IMG/VR virus record: IMGVR_UViG_3300029267_004155
DNA: 64,000 nucleotides
Reading direction: 5' to 3' (one strand)
DNA from: a virus
Taxonomy: Duplodnaviria > Caudoviricetes
Shown: piece after piece, positions 1 to 10,042 of the stretch
Position numbering within the stretch: the first letter of the stretch is position 1
Layout: the number at the start of each line of letters is the position of its first letter
The notes under the pieces: generated by a model
Told to the model about the DNA's origin: nothing
What the model saw: the letters and a program-made list of their open reading frames with translations, nothing else
Database searches by the model: none
Program-made: the position numbers and the translations under genes

Positions 1-1062
1 ATGCTCCAGATTGCCAAGAGGAGGGTCGACCTGGCCGACCAGGAGCTGGACGCGAGGGTGGCGGAGGTCGATCTCAGGGAGGGGCTGATAGAGGCGGAGA
101 CGGACTTCCTGGAGGCGACGGGCGCTCACTTCTCGAGGGTCCTGGAGCTCCAGCGCGAGGGGGTCGACCTGGAGCGGGAGCGCCTGGCGCTGATGAGGGA
201 TCGCTACAACAAGATGTCGGAGGCCGAGAAGCAGGGCCTCAAGGGCAGGCAGATGGCTGCCGACATCGTGAAGCAGGAGTATAACATCCGCAAGCAGGAG
301 ATGGGCGTCCAGAAGGACATCTTCGAGAAGATACTCGGCAAGGCGTTCGGGGAGCTGAGGAGCGACGTGGGGGCGAGGAGGCAGAGGTTCACGGACCAGG
401 CCGTGATGGGCAGGGCCGCGACCAGGAGGGTGAACCAGGCCGGCTTCTTCGCGCCGTCCGCGCCTGGCGACATAAAGACCCTCGACGAGCGGTCGGCGGA
501 ACGCGTCGCCGGCGGCGGCGGCATGTTCGGGGGTTTCGGGCCGACCAGGATCGAGCCGGAGGAGGAGCTCGCCGAGAAGATGAGCGAGAACGAGAAGAAC
601 ACCAGGAAGACGGCGGAAAGCGTCGCCAACGGGAACAGCCCGGGCTCCTTCTACACGGCGGACGTGGTCGCCCACGGCCTCCTGGCGCAGATCAGGGATG
701 GCATCGGGGTCGTCTCGTCGGCTTTCGCCGCCAGCGAGCCGGCGGCCCTGAACAAGGCGGTGGTCCCGGACGAGACGGTGCAGGCGAGCCAGCGCGACAT
801 AGAGAGGGCGAACTCTGACATGTCCGACGAGGCCGCTGCCGGCGTGGAGACGGCTCCGGGATTCGCGGGGGTCGCCGGAGCCGCGGGAGGAGGCGAGGCG
901 GCGGGCGACGCAGGCGTTCCGGCCTTGAAGTTCGTCGGAGAGCTGACTGTCAAGTTCAACACCAGGATGTTCCGGTCCGAGGTGATCCAGATCATGGGCA
1001 ACGCCATCAACACCGGAGAGGTCCGGAAGGCCCTTGAGAAGTCGGGAGTCCTGTTCCGATGA
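1..1062 (+). CDS. Tail tape-measure protein, C-terminal part (probably begins upstream of the window)
   Basis: Long helical/coiled-coil stretch, Ala/Gly-rich end and short terminal domain; lies directly before a baseplate-hub-like gene with ATGA overlap. Confidence 0.55.
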   Translation: MLQIAKRRVDLADQELDARVAEVDLREGLIEAETDFLEATGAHFSRVLELQREGVDLERERLALMRDRYNKMSEAEKQGLKGRQMAADIVKQEYNIRKQEMGVQKDIFEKILGKAFGELRSDVGARRQRFTDQAVMGRAATRRVNQAGFFAPSAPGDIKTLDERSAERVAGGGGMFGGFGPTRIEPEEELAEKMSENEKNTRKTAESVANGNSPGSFYTADVVAHGLLAQIRDGIGVVSSAFAASEPAALNKAVVPDETVQASQRDIERANSDMSDEAAAGVETAPGFAGVAGAAGGGEAAGDAGVPALKFVGELTVKFNTRMFRSEVIQIMGNAINTGEVRKALEKSGVLFR

Positions 1063-3545
1063 GCAATCCGACGGTCACGATAGCCAACACGGTGCCGGAG
1101 CCGACCGATCCGAATGTCGAGCGGGACACCTATTCCCGCATCGTCTACGACCAGCAGAAGTTCTTCCTCTACGGGGAGGGCGAGTTCGATCCGGCCTACG
1201 CCTCGTACGACCCGACCGACCAGGGCCAGGCGTTCTTCATCCTCGTCCCGCTGGATGACGCCCTGGCGACGGTCAAGCCGGATTTCGTGGCCCAGGACGT
1301 GTGGGACGAGACGCTGTTCAAGGCGCCGTCCGGCTTCGTGGCGGCGACCAACTCGGTCATGCCCAAGATATTCGTGCCGTCGGACATCCTGGTGGACAAC
1401 GGGCTGAACGCGACCGGCGACAAGATGAAGGCCTTCAATCCGGACGACCTGACCGAGGACCTGTTCAACTGGACCGTCGTGGGCGTCAGTCTCGATTCAA
1501 TCTTCGAGTACGCCCAGATCGGGCCGTCGCCAGGGTCGCAGTACGTGAGCGTCAAGTACAAGGACGACGATGCCGCGTCCTCTACCGTGACGCTGAGGCT
1601 GGAGAGCCCGGCCAGCCCTCCGACGGGCAACTGGGAGACGTCCGACGAGCTGGTGGTGACGGGGGCGTTCTGCCTCATGCTGAACGTGGTTCAGAACCAG
1701 CCGGGGACGGCGGACCCGGCGGAGACCAAGAACAATCCGTGGACCATAGGGATCGCCTTCGGGGCCGTTGAGATGACGATCAACGACGGCGGCTCCATGG
1801 AGGTTAAGTTGACGGGTGGCGACGCGGACAACACCCAGACGGTGAACCTGGCGGAGGGGAAGTCGAAGGGCGGCCCTTCCCAGCAGAAGCACGTCACCGA
1901 GGGGACGTCCTATGTCATCCTTGTCTATCCGACATGGAACGGCCTGGTGGTCGCGAGCGGGATTCAGGACTCCCCCTCGGTGGTCTTCACCAGCAGCACC
2001 TTCGTGTACTACCGGAAGACGGCCTCGATCCTGAACGCTCCGTACTCGACCGGCTTCGACCCGACGGCACCGGCGGAGGTGCTGGTCGACGTGGGCGCGG
2101 GGGTGACGTCGGTGCTTCCGTCGTTCGGGACGCAGATGGACGTGACGGTGAAGAACTGCCGTCTGGACCTGGCCTATCTCCCCTGCTTCTTCTCGGCCCA
2201 GTGCTGGTTCGACGAGTGGTTCGCGGCGTCGGACGACACGCCCGACACCGAATACGAGTACACGATGTACCCGATATGGACCAAGAACGGGACCGCGACG
2301 ACGCTCGACGCCCCGACCGTCAACGACACGACGTATCCCGGTCCGGTGGCCGACACGTCGTACCGCTACGTCAAGTGGAGGATGAGGCAGGCTCTCCCGA
2401 ACAGGCACGGGGGCCAGCTCTTCGGGGAGATACTGAGGGTCAACGAGGACCGGGATTTTCCGGTCAAGAACGGGAACGGCAACTTCGTGCTGACCTGGGC
2501 GGGAGGCACGCCGGCCGACCCGTCGCCGGCGGCCGACTGGTGGAACTACATCACGCAGCTCTCCGTCTCCGTCGGCATCGACGACTCCAGCGGCAGCATC
2601 TCGGTGGACAAGTTCGGAGTCGCGGGCCAGGATGCCGAGCCTGTTCAGAGCATTGGCGGCATCACTATCGACGCGACCGGCGGCTTCGGGACGGTGGCGG
2701 GGCGCATCTTCACGGGCCTCGCCATGGGGGTCTCCGACAACGACTCGGTCGACGGGGCCACCTGGACGATCCCGCTGGTGGGGCTGGAGAAGAAGCTGGA
2801 CGACATAGCCCTGGTCTTCGCCCCGTTCTTCGACGGGGACAGCCTGTCCAAGGCGTTCACCTTCCTGGCCAAGTACGCCGGCATCATTCCCGACTTCTCG
2901 TTCGCGCCGTCCGCGGTCTTCCAGGACCTCTCGGTCTCGGACGACATCAACGTGGCGCGGTTCGACTGGAAGACCGGCACGAGCGTCAGGTCGGCCCTTG
3001 ACGAGATCATGCAGGACACGAACTACAACTACGTGGTCCGGGACGGCCGCATCTACCTCTACGAGCTCGGGGGCCTGACGGGGCTCCCGGTCATTCTGGG
3101 GCCCGACAGGTCCGCGGGCTACGACGACACGGTCATCGTCAGCTATGACACGACGCCGGACTTCGAGGACCTGAGGAACCAGATCGTGGTGGTTGGCCTG
3201 CAGAAGGTTCCGGACGGCCAGAACACGAGCCTGGAGGAGCTGCCGATCTTTCCGAGGATCGAGCTGCGGAGCAACTCGACGGTTCCGGACGTGCCGTGGG
3301 CCAAGGCCATCGTGAAGCCGATCTCGGGCTTCATGTCGAGCTCGGAGTATGGCGACATAGCCGACAACATCCAGTCGGCGACCAAGGTCTACCAGCTGGT
3401 CGGAAGGACGACGATAGCTGGAAACGCGGACATCAAGCCGTATGACATGTGGGGGTCGGACCTGGTCATCTACAGCGTGACCCACAACATGGACTTCCAG
3501 GCGAAGACCTGGACGACCGATCTTGAGTTTATGAGGACGACATGA
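1059..3545 (+). CDS. Baseplate hub / tail-tip protein (gp27/XkdQ-like C-terminal region)
   Basis: 828 aa, beta-rich; C-terminal pattern SVRSALDEIMQDTNYNYVVRDGRIY...LRNQIVVVG...VIYSVTHNMD..WTTDLEF is typical of hub proteins; position after tape measure. Confidence 0.6.
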   Translation: MSNPTVTIANTVPEPTDPNVERDTYSRIVYDQQKFFLYGEGEFDPAYASYDPTDQGQAFFILVPLDDALATVKPDFVAQDVWDETLFKAPSGFVAATNSVMPKIFVPSDILVDNGLNATGDKMKAFNPDDLTEDLFNWTVVGVSLDSIFEYAQIGPSPGSQYVSVKYKDDDAASSTVTLRLESPASPPTGNWETSDELVVTGAFCLMLNVVQNQPGTADPAETKNNPWTIGIAFGAVEMTINDGGSMEVKLTGGDADNTQTVNLAEGKSKGGPSQQKHVTEGTSYVILVYPTWNGLVVASGIQDSPSVVFTSSTFVYYRKTASILNAPYSTGFDPTAPAEVLVDVGAGVTSVLPSFGTQMDVTVKNCRLDLAYLPCFFSAQCWFDEWFAASDDTPDTEYEYTMYPIWTKNGTATTLDAPTVNDTTYPGPVADTSYRYVKWRMRQALPNRHGGQLFGEILRVNEDRDFPVKNGNGNFVLTWAGGTPADPSPAADWWNYITQLSVSVGIDDSSGSISVDKFGVAGQDAEPVQSIGGITIDATGGFGTVAGRIFTGLAMGVSDNDSVDGATWTIPLVGLEKKLDDIALVFAPFFDGDSLSKAFTFLAKYAGIIPDFSFAPSAVFQDLSVSDDINVARFDWKTGTSVRSALDEIMQDTNYNYVVRDGRIYLYELGGLTGLPVILGPDRSAGYDDTVIVSYDTTPDFEDLRNQIVVVGLQKVPDGQNTSLEELPIFPRIELRSNSTVPDVPWAKAIVKPISGFMSSSEYGDIADNIQSATKVYQLVGRTTIAGNADIKPYDMWGSDLVIYSVTHNMDFQAKTWTTDLEFMRTT

Positions 3546-3736
3546 GAGCTTCCAGAAACTGGTTCAACACGAGGTTCGGGCAGAACACCTACGCGGAAGT
3601 GTCGGCGCTGCCGACCATCGCCAGGTCGGGGTCGCATGGCGCTCCGCCTCCGGAGGTCAAGAAGGTCAACTCGAAAGGCGAGAAGATCTTCATCGTCGGC
3701 GAGACCGGGATTGGCGGAGAGGAGGTCGTGGGATGA
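3542..3736 (+). CDS. Small hypothetical tail-module protein
   Basis: 64-aa ORF with ATGA overlaps at both ends. Confidence 0.55.
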   Translation: MRASRNWFNTRFGQNTYAEVSALPTIARSGSHGAPPPEVKKVNSKGEKIFIVGETGIGGEEVVG

Positions 3737-4641
3737 AAGGAAAGGGATACAATAGGCGCACGAGACACCTGGGGCTGCCGGTGTTGTGGTACGGGGACAG
3801 GATCATCCCGGAGCAGGAGCTCAAGAAGTGGAACGTCGTCGAGAACATGCTGCTTGGCGGCATGGGCGGCGTGCGGTCGTGCGTCTTTGACGACGGGAGC
3901 TACCGCCTGGAGCCGGAGCCGGGGGGTTCCTTCCGCGTGACCGTGTCGGCGACGGGGGCGTCCCCGGGGGCCGAGGGGGTCCACGACGGCGTCTACTTCA
4001 AGACCGAGATGGTTAGCTGGGAGGGCTTGAAGGCCGGCCATTCGTATCATCTCTACCTGACGCTGTCGGCCAGGACATACGAGGACTGCTCGGCCGTGAG
4101 GGCGGCGTCCCTGACCTATCCGAGGGATGGCGTCGGGCTTCTCATGGCCGTCGTAGACCTGACTTCGGAGCCGGGGTCCGTGAACGCGGACCCGGACGGC
4201 AAGCTGTACTCGTCGGACCTGTCGAGGCACGTGGGCGATTCCGAGAACCCGCACGGCAGGAAGCTGAGGCAGGACGAGGTGGTGGTCTCGAAGGTCCTGG
4301 AGCTGGGGCCAGAGTCGGTGGTGAGGATCGGCGAGGACGAGTTTCCCGCGTCCATGTTCCCGGCCGCGGTCGCGGAGGTCGGCGGCAGGAGGGTGGAGCG
4401 GGTGGACCTTGACAGCCCGGGGCCGTCGGGCACCGTGGTGAAGGTGAATGGCGCCCGCGAGGTATGGGCGGTCGTCTCGGTCCATGTGAGGGCGAGCCGC
4501 GGCCTGCCTTCCGGCGACGTCGGGGAGATCGGGATAGGCTATCACGGCGAGGACCCGGAGGCGGACGACAAGGACGAGTTCGTCGTCTACAACGGGGGCG
4601 ACCCCGGCCTGCCTCTCAGGGCCGTGGTGATTTGCGTCTGA
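3733..4641 (+). CDS. Putative baseplate/tail structural protein
   Basis: 302 aa, SD GAGG, coupled to upstream ORF; function from context only. Confidence 0.5.
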   Translation: MKGKGYNRRTRHLGLPVLWYGDRIIPEQELKKWNVVENMLLGGMGGVRSCVFDDGSYRLEPEPGGSFRVTVSATGASPGAEGVHDGVYFKTEMVSWEGLKAGHSYHLYLTLSARTYEDCSAVRAASLTYPRDGVGLLMAVVDLTSEPGSVNADPDGKLYSSDLSRHVGDSENPHGRKLRQDEVVVSKVLELGPESVVRIGEDEFPASMFPAAVAEVGGRRVERVDLDSPGPSGTVVKVNGAREVWAVVSVHVRASRGLPSGDVGEIGIGYHGEDPEADDKDEFVVYNGGDPGLPLRAVVICV

Positions 4642-4650
4642 GGAGACGGC

Positions 4651-6063
4651 ATGGCTGATTTCGTCAATGAGAGACCGGAGGAGTTCTTCCATATCTCGCG
4701 TAACGCCGAGCTGGTGGTCGCGCAGGATAGGGACGTTGTTGCCTTCATTCCGGAGATGAGCTACTTCGATGCGAGCTCCGGGATGAAGATATACCGGGAC
4801 GGGTTGCAGACGAGCACGCTCTACGAGTCGTCGCCGCAGGAGACCATTGACAAGGCGCGACGCGTCCTGCTTTGGGGGCGCCTGGCAGGCAACGAGCTCG
4901 TGAGCGGCATGAGGTGGGTGCCCTACACCGAGAACTTCTACCAGGCGACCACGGCCATCAAGCCGCTGATAGAGGTCTTCGCTCCGCGGGTGGTCTTCGA
5001 CAGGACGTCCAACATGCTCCACCTGTGGTTCTGGACGAACGTGAAGGCGGCCTACACGGACGCCGACTACAGCGCGTCGGAGATCGTGCCGATAGGCGAC
5101 AAGTCGCACGACTTCCAGGACCTGGCCGAGGACCAGAGCGCGAAGAGGGTGTTGTGCTACACCACCGGCCGCTTCATCCGGGCGTACGTAGAAGGGGGGT
5201 TCCTGACGTATCCGACCCTTTCCGGCACGGGCTTCGCCGACAAGACCTTCGACCTGGTCCCGATCTTCACGCTGCCGAAGATTCTGAACGTGGCGATGGC
5301 GGGCGGCAACGGTCCCGGCATCGTCGTTGACGGGTGGTACGCCATCACGGGTCCGCAGGGTCCGCAGGGTCCGCAGGGGGTCGGGGGGGACGGCGGCTCC
5401 CAGGGTTCTCAGGGTTCCCAGGGTCTCCAGGGCTGGCAGGGCAATCAGGGCTGGCAGGGCAATCGGGGCTGGCAGGGCAATCAGGGCTGGCAGGGCAATC
5501 AGGGCGTCCAGGGCTGGCAGGGCAATCAGGGCAATCAGGGCTGGCAGGGCAACCAGGGCGTCCAGGGCGTTCAGGGCAATCAGGGCAATCAGGGCGTCCA
5601 GGGCGTCCAGGGCTGGCAGGGCTGGCAGGGAAACCAGGGCTGGCAGGGTCCGCAGGGTCCGCAGGGCCCATGTGGCGCCAAGGAGGCCATCGTCCCGACC
5701 GACGACGGCTACCGAGCGCTCTATTGCATGGAGTCGCCCGAGGTGCTCTTCTTCGACGTGATGGAGGTGCGTCTGGACGGCGCCACGACCAGGTTCGCGG
5801 CCGATCCGATGTTCGTGGGCGTCTGCGAGCCGGGCACGGTCAGGGTGTTGTCGGTCGTCGTCGACGCCGACTTGCCGGTCGGGGCCAGGAGGGAGGCGGA
5901 TGGCGCCTTCACCCTCTTCGGGCAGTCGCTGGCCGCGTCCGTGGCGACGGTCACCCTCTGCGGGGTCCGGAAAGGCTGTGCAAACAGGCGGTTCGAGAAG
6001 CGGACCGAGGCGCAGCATGATAGCAACAACAGGTTCTGGGGGAGCGCCAAGGGAGGCGTATAG
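4651..6063 (+). CDS. Collagen-like tail fibre protein
   Basis: 36 consecutive G-X-Y triplets followed by a C-terminal domain with [16 protein letters not shown], a motif common at phage fibre C-termini. Confidence 0.8.
   Translation: MADFVNERPEEFFHISRNAELVVAQDRDVVAFIPEMSYFDASSGMKIYRDGLQTSTLYESSPQETIDKARRVLLWGRLAGNELVSGMRWVPYTENFYQATTAIKPLIEVFAPRVVFDRTSNMLHLWFWTNVKAAYTDADYSASEIVPIGDKSHDFQDLAEDQSAKRVLCYTTGRFIRAYVEGGFLTYPTLSGTGFADKTFDLVPIFTLPKILNVAMAGGNGPGIVVDGWYAITGPQGPQGPQGVGGDGGSQGSQGSQGLQGWQGNQGWQGNRGWQGNQGWQGNQGVQGWQGNQGNQGWQGNQGVQGVQGNQGNQGVQGVQGWQGWQGNQGWQGPQGPQGPCGAKEAIVPTDDGYRALYCMESPEVLFFDVMEVRLDGATTRFAADPMFVGVCEPGTVRVLSVVVDADLPVGARREADGAFTLFGQSLAASVATVTLCGVRKGCANRRFEKRTEAQHDSNNRFWGSAKGGV
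5350..5673 (+). repeat. 9-bp-periodic coding repeat (GGN-NNN-CAG) encoding G-X-Q collagen
   Basis: Units such as ggctggcag, ggcaatcag, ggcgtccag, ggtccgcag are directly visible. Confidence 0.95.
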
Positions 6064-6064
6064 T
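6055..6064 (+). promoter_or_regulatory. GGCGTATAGT promoter-like motif; probably gives a leaderless mRNA for the ATG at 6070
   Basis: Recurrent motif; ATG starts 6 nt after TATAGT. Confidence 0.5.
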
Positions 6065-6069
6065 ATGGC

Positions 6070-7740
6070 ATGGGCATATCGGTAGCCATCATTGCGAAGA
6101 ATGAGGAGGAGGTCATAGGGCGTTGCCTGGAGTGCGCCCTCCAGTTCTCCGACGAGGTGGTTCTCGTGGACACGGGCTCCACGGACAGAACGGTCGAGGT
6201 CGCGTCCGGCTTCGGGCCGGTGCGTGTCCAGTCGTCCGAGCTGTTCGACAAGGACACCGATATTTCCGACTTCGAGTTCGGGGTGGCCAAGAACGAGGCC
6301 ATCAGGAAGTGCACGGAGGACTGGGTCGTGTGGCTGGACGCCGACGACTTCGTGGACGAGGAGAACGCCAGGAGGATAAAGTCCCTGGGGGCCACTCCGG
6401 GGGACCGGCTGATGGAGTTCACGGTGGCCTACGGGAACCTCAGGTTCACTCACACCAGGATGCTGCCGAATGGGAAGGGGGTGCTCTTTGACGAGACTCA
6501 CGCCTGCCACGAGTTCCTGCTGACCAACGGGCTTCCGGTCGAGAGGGTGGACGTGACCGTTCAGCATCTCCCGGGCAAGAGGCACGTCCTGTCGCTGGTC
6601 CGCAACCTGGCGATCCTGGAGAAGGACTACAACGAGCGAGGAAGGCGCGACACGAGGACGGTATTTTATCTCGCAAACACCTACCGGGAGTGCGGTCGCC
6701 GGGAGGAGGCTGTGGCCAAGTACGACGAGTACCTGTTGAGGTCCGAGTGGCCGGAGGAGCGCTTTTTCGCCCGCTACTACAAGGCGCAGGCGCTCGACAG
6801 GCTGGATCGTCGCGCGGAGGCCAGGAAGGAGCTGTTTCTGGCGATGGCCGAGGACATGCGGTTCGCCGAGCCGCTGTGCATGCTCGGGGACATGGCCATG
6901 GGCGACGGGGAGAGTGGCAGGGCGGAGCTCTGGTTCCGGATGGCCACGCTCACGCCGTTTCCCGTCGGGTCCCGGCTGTTCGTGGCGGAGGGGATGTACG
7001 GCGACTATCCCAGGAGGAGGCTTCGGGACGTGGAGAGGCTGAGGGTGAAGGAGGAGGTTCCGGAGAAGGCCGATGAGCCTGCTCCAAAGGCGCCAGATGC
7101 CCCGAGGAGGCGGAAGACCTACGCGCTTCCGCGGGACCGCTCCATGGCGTTTCTGGCCGTGGCGGCGCTGGCGTCGTGTTCGAGGGGTGACGACTGTTCG
7201 GTTTTCGAGGTGGTGCCGGCGGACGCGTGGCAGGCCGAGCTGGTGAGGGCGGTTTCCGGGATTGGCGAGGGAGAGGGTGGCGCCAGGCCGCTGTCGGTGC
7301 CGGAGGATCGTCATGGAAGGCACGTGGTGGAGTGGTTCTGCCGGTCGGCCGGATACGTGGGGGTCCCGTGGGGTCCTCCGGAGATGGTCGCGGAGAAACA
7401 GCCCGGAGCAGGCGTCGTGGCGTTCTGCTTCGACGGGTGGGGCTCGGGCGAGTGGGACAGGCTCATAGAGTTGTCGGGGCGCAAGATCAACATGGTTCGC
7501 AGCTGCGAGTCGGTCCGCGCCGCCGTGGAGCTCGTCTCCAGGGCCGACGAGGTCCTGTGCGGGTCCGGGTGGCTCCAGCATCTCGCGGCGGCCCTGGGGG
7601 TTCCCGCGACCGTGGTGTGGACCAACGGGGCTGTTCCGGCCGAGGAGGGGTGGGGGGCCGCGCAGATGGCCGTGGCTGGCGACACGTCCCCGGAGGCGGT
7701 GGCCGCGGTGTTGAACAGGAGGGCGCGAGATGCCGGTTGA
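6070..7740 (+). CDS. GT2 glycosyltransferase with TPR repeats (SunS/SgtA-like) and a degenerate GT9-like C-terminal domain
   Basis: ISVAIIAKNEE, VDTGSTD, WLDADD, HE motif, TPR helices (FYLANTYRECG), C-terminal SGWLQHLAAALGVP. Confidence 0.85.
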   Translation: MGISVAIIAKNEEEVIGRCLECALQFSDEVVLVDTGSTDRTVEVASGFGPVRVQSSELFDKDTDISDFEFGVAKNEAIRKCTEDWVVWLDADDFVDEENARRIKSLGATPGDRLMEFTVAYGNLRFTHTRMLPNGKGVLFDETHACHEFLLTNGLPVERVDVTVQHLPGKRHVLSLVRNLAILEKDYNERGRRDTRTVFYLANTYRECGRREEAVAKYDEYLLRSEWPEERFFARYYKAQALDRLDRRAEARKELFLAMAEDMRFAEPLCMLGDMAMGDGESGRAELWFRMATLTPFPVGSRLFVAEGMYGDYPRRRLRDVERLRVKEEVPEKADEPAPKAPDAPRRRKTYALPRDRSMAFLAVAALASCSRGDDCSVFEVVPADAWQAELVRAVSGIGEGEGGARPLSVPEDRHGRHVVEWFCRSAGYVGVPWGPPEMVAEKQPGAGVVAFCFDGWGSGEWDRLIELSGRKINMVRSCESVRAAVELVSRADEVLCGSGWLQHLAAALGVPATVVWTNGAVPAEEGWGAAQMAVAGDTSPEAVAAVLNRRARDAG

Positions 7741-7849
7741 AGTGTTTTACAAGGCAAGCGAGCTGCACCCGTGCGACCTGCTGGGGATACTGGTCGCAGA
7801 GACCAGATTGTGCGGGATCGTCAACAACTATCCCATGAGGAGAAGAGCA

Positions 7850-8197
7850 GTGCCGTACGTTAGCTTCGAACTCTATGCTGGCAGCAATCGGCGCCTTCGC
7901 GTCTTCATCAAGGACTCGGAGCTCAAGGTTGTCGACCTCACGGGCGCGACGTGCGTGTTCACGATGCGCCAAACCAAGAGCGACCCGGTGGTCGTGCAGA
8001 AGAGCACGGCGGTTGCCGGGGAGGGCCAGATCGGGGCTGCGGACGAGGGGGAGTGCTTCTTCTACCTGGTCCCGGCCGACACGGGCACCCTCGACATCTG
8101 CCAGTACGTCTATGACGTGAGCGTGACGCTGGCGAGCGGCGAGGTCTACTTGTCCACGGTCGAAGGCGTGATAAATCTCCTCCAGCCCGTCACGTGA
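7850..8197 (+). CDS. BppU-like baseplate upper protein domain
   Basis: VDLTGATCVF, GECFFYL.PADT, YVYDVSVTLASG pattern; GTG start after GAGGAG (ORF track starts at 7730). Confidence 0.65.
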   Translation: MPYVSFELYAGSNRRLRVFIKDSELKVVDLTGATCVFTMRQTKSDPVVVQKSTAVAGEGQIGAADEGECFFYLVPADTGTLDICQYVYDVSVTLASGEVYLSTVEGVINLLQPVT

Positions 8198-8217
8198 CCC
8201 GGACAAGGGCGTCCGGT

Positions 8218-8227
8218 CGCGTATAAT
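8218..8227 (+). promoter_or_regulatory. CGCGTATAAT promoter-like motif at the start of the replication module
   Basis: Perfect TATAAT in an intergenic gap, followed by SD GAGGAG and ATG at 8247. Confidence 0.65.
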
Positions 8228-8246
8228 GGATTAGAGGAGTACCGGC

Positions 8247-10040
8247 ATGCCTTGGGTCACGATAGATGAAGATGGCAGGATGGCCGTTCGTTGCGAGAAG
8301 GACGACAGCGCCGTCGTCAAGGACATCGGGGGGACCTGGGACAGCTTCAACAAGGTCTGGCAGGTCACCTTCACCATATCCAACCTCAACTACCTCGTCG
8401 ACGAGATGCCGGGGATAGTCGTCTCTCCGCAGGTCGAGAGCAGGATCAGGGGGCAGTCTGAGAAGGAGAGGAGGCTGAGGCAGCTCCGCCACCTGTCCAG
8501 GGAGGACATCCCCGTGCGCCTCAGGGTGCCCGGCCTCAAGCTGCCGCTCCGAAACTACCAGAAGCTCGGCGTTCAGTTCTGCATGACCAACGGTGAAGGG
8601 GTTCTCGTCGCCGATGAAATGGGCCTTGGCAAGACGGTGCAGGCCATAGCGACGGCGCTTTTCCTGAAGGATTCCGAGGGGATCGAGAAGGCGCTGATCG
8701 TCACGCCGGCCTCCCTCAAGTACAACTGGCCGATCGAGCTGGAGAAGTTCTGCGACGAGCCGTATGTCGTGATAGACGGGACGCCCGAGCAGAGGATGGC
8801 CCAGTGGCTTCGCGACGACGCCTTCTTCTACGTGACGAACTTCGAGCTGGTGACCGAGGACCTCTTCGGTGGCCGGGAGAAGAAGACAAGGAAGGGGGAG
8901 ACGGACGCCCAGAAGGCGAAGCGCCTGGAGTATGAGGCCAAGATGAGGAGGCGCATGCGGCTGCTGAGCGGTCCGAGGACTCGGAAGTGGGGCCTCGTAG
9001 CGGTCGACGAATGCCACGCCCTCAAGATCCATGCCTCCCGGAGGTCCCGGAACGTCAAGAGGCTGCGGGCCAAGTTCCGGATGGGGCTCACCGGCACGCC
9101 GCTCGACGGGCGCCTGGAGGAGCTTCACAGCGTCATGGGCTTCATCTGTCCCGGGCTGCTGGAGTCCAAGACCAGGTTCATGCAGAAGCACGCCATCTGC
9201 GATCCGTACGGCAAGGTCAAGGGGTACAAGCGCATTGCCGAGGTGCGTGAGAGGATCGGGCCCTATTTCATCCGGCGTCTGAAGAAGCATGTCCTGAAGG
9301 AGTTGCCGGACAAGATTTACCAGAACAGGGTGGTCGTCATGTCGGCGAGGGAGAAGAAGGTGTATGACGAGCTGGCCTCTCACGGGCATGAGGCCACTAT
9401 GGACGCACAGGCCATGGTCGCGATTATCCGGTGCAAGCAGTGGTGTGACCATTCGGAGCTGATTGACCATGTTGCCATTTCCAAGGATTCTGCTGCCAAG
9501 CGCCTGATGCCGCGCGGGATCAGGTCGTCGAAGATGGAGGCCCTCAAGGAGGTGCTTCAGGAGGCGGTGGTCGAGAATGGCCACAAGGTCCTGGTTTTCA
9601 CCCAGTACGCCAAGATGGCCGAATTGCTGCTGCCCGAGTTCGATCGGCTGGGCCTCAAGTATCTCTATCTGTGGGGAGAGACCCCGAAGAGGGAACGCGC
9701 GGCCATGCAGGAGAGATTCAACGAGGACAAGACGTTGGACCTGATGGTGGGGACGGAGGCGATGAGTGCCGGGCTCAACTTCACGGCTGCCGACGTGGTC
9801 GTCAACTACGACGACAACTGGGCTCCGGCCATCATGCAGCAGAGGGCCGACAGGGCTCACAGGATAGGGCAGAGGAACGTGGTCACCGTGGTGAATTTTA
9901 TATGCCAAGCGACGATTGAGGAGCGTATCAGGAAGGTGCTCTTCTCAAAGGGGAAGTTGTCGGCGCAGGCGCTCGGGGACGATGTCGACATGGCCGTCTT
10001 GAAGCGCCTCGGGCCGATGGACGTGGCGAGGATGTTGTAG
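8247..10040 (+). CDS. SNF2-family helicase/ATPase
   Basis: ADEMGLGKT, DECH, LTGTP, KVLVFTQY, AGLNF, QRADRAHRIGQ. Confidence 0.95.
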   Translation: MPWVTIDEDGRMAVRCEKDDSAVVKDIGGTWDSFNKVWQVTFTISNLNYLVDEMPGIVVSPQVESRIRGQSEKERRLRQLRHLSREDIPVRLRVPGLKLPLRNYQKLGVQFCMTNGEGVLVADEMGLGKTVQAIATALFLKDSEGIEKALIVTPASLKYNWPIELEKFCDEPYVVIDGTPEQRMAQWLRDDAFFYVTNFELVTEDLFGGREKKTRKGETDAQKAKRLEYEAKMRRRMRLLSGPRTRKWGLVAVDECHALKIHASRRSRNVKRLRAKFRMGLTGTPLDGRLEELHSVMGFICPGLLESKTRFMQKHAICDPYGKVKGYKRIAEVRERIGPYFIRRLKKHVLKELPDKIYQNRVVVMSAREKKVYDELASHGHEATMDAQAMVAIIRCKQWCDHSELIDHVAISKDSAAKRLMPRGIRSSKMEALKEVLQEAVVENGHKVLVFTQYAKMAELLLPEFDRLGLKYLYLWGETPKRERAAMQERFNEDKTLDLMVGTEAMSAGLNFTAADVVVNYDDNWAPAIMQQRADRAHRIGQRNVVTVVNFICQATIEERIRKVLFSKGKLSAQALGDDVDMAVLKRLGPMDVARML

Positions 10041-10042
10041 GG

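Noticed and set aside
5350-5673. Short repeats as a CRISPR array or DGR variable region
   Set aside because: In-frame 9-bp collagen codon repeats; no spacers, reverse transcriptase or adenine-specific template/variable pair
8196-8218. Hairpin GACCCGGAC/GTCCGGTC as a terminator
   Set aside because: No U-tract follows; function unclear
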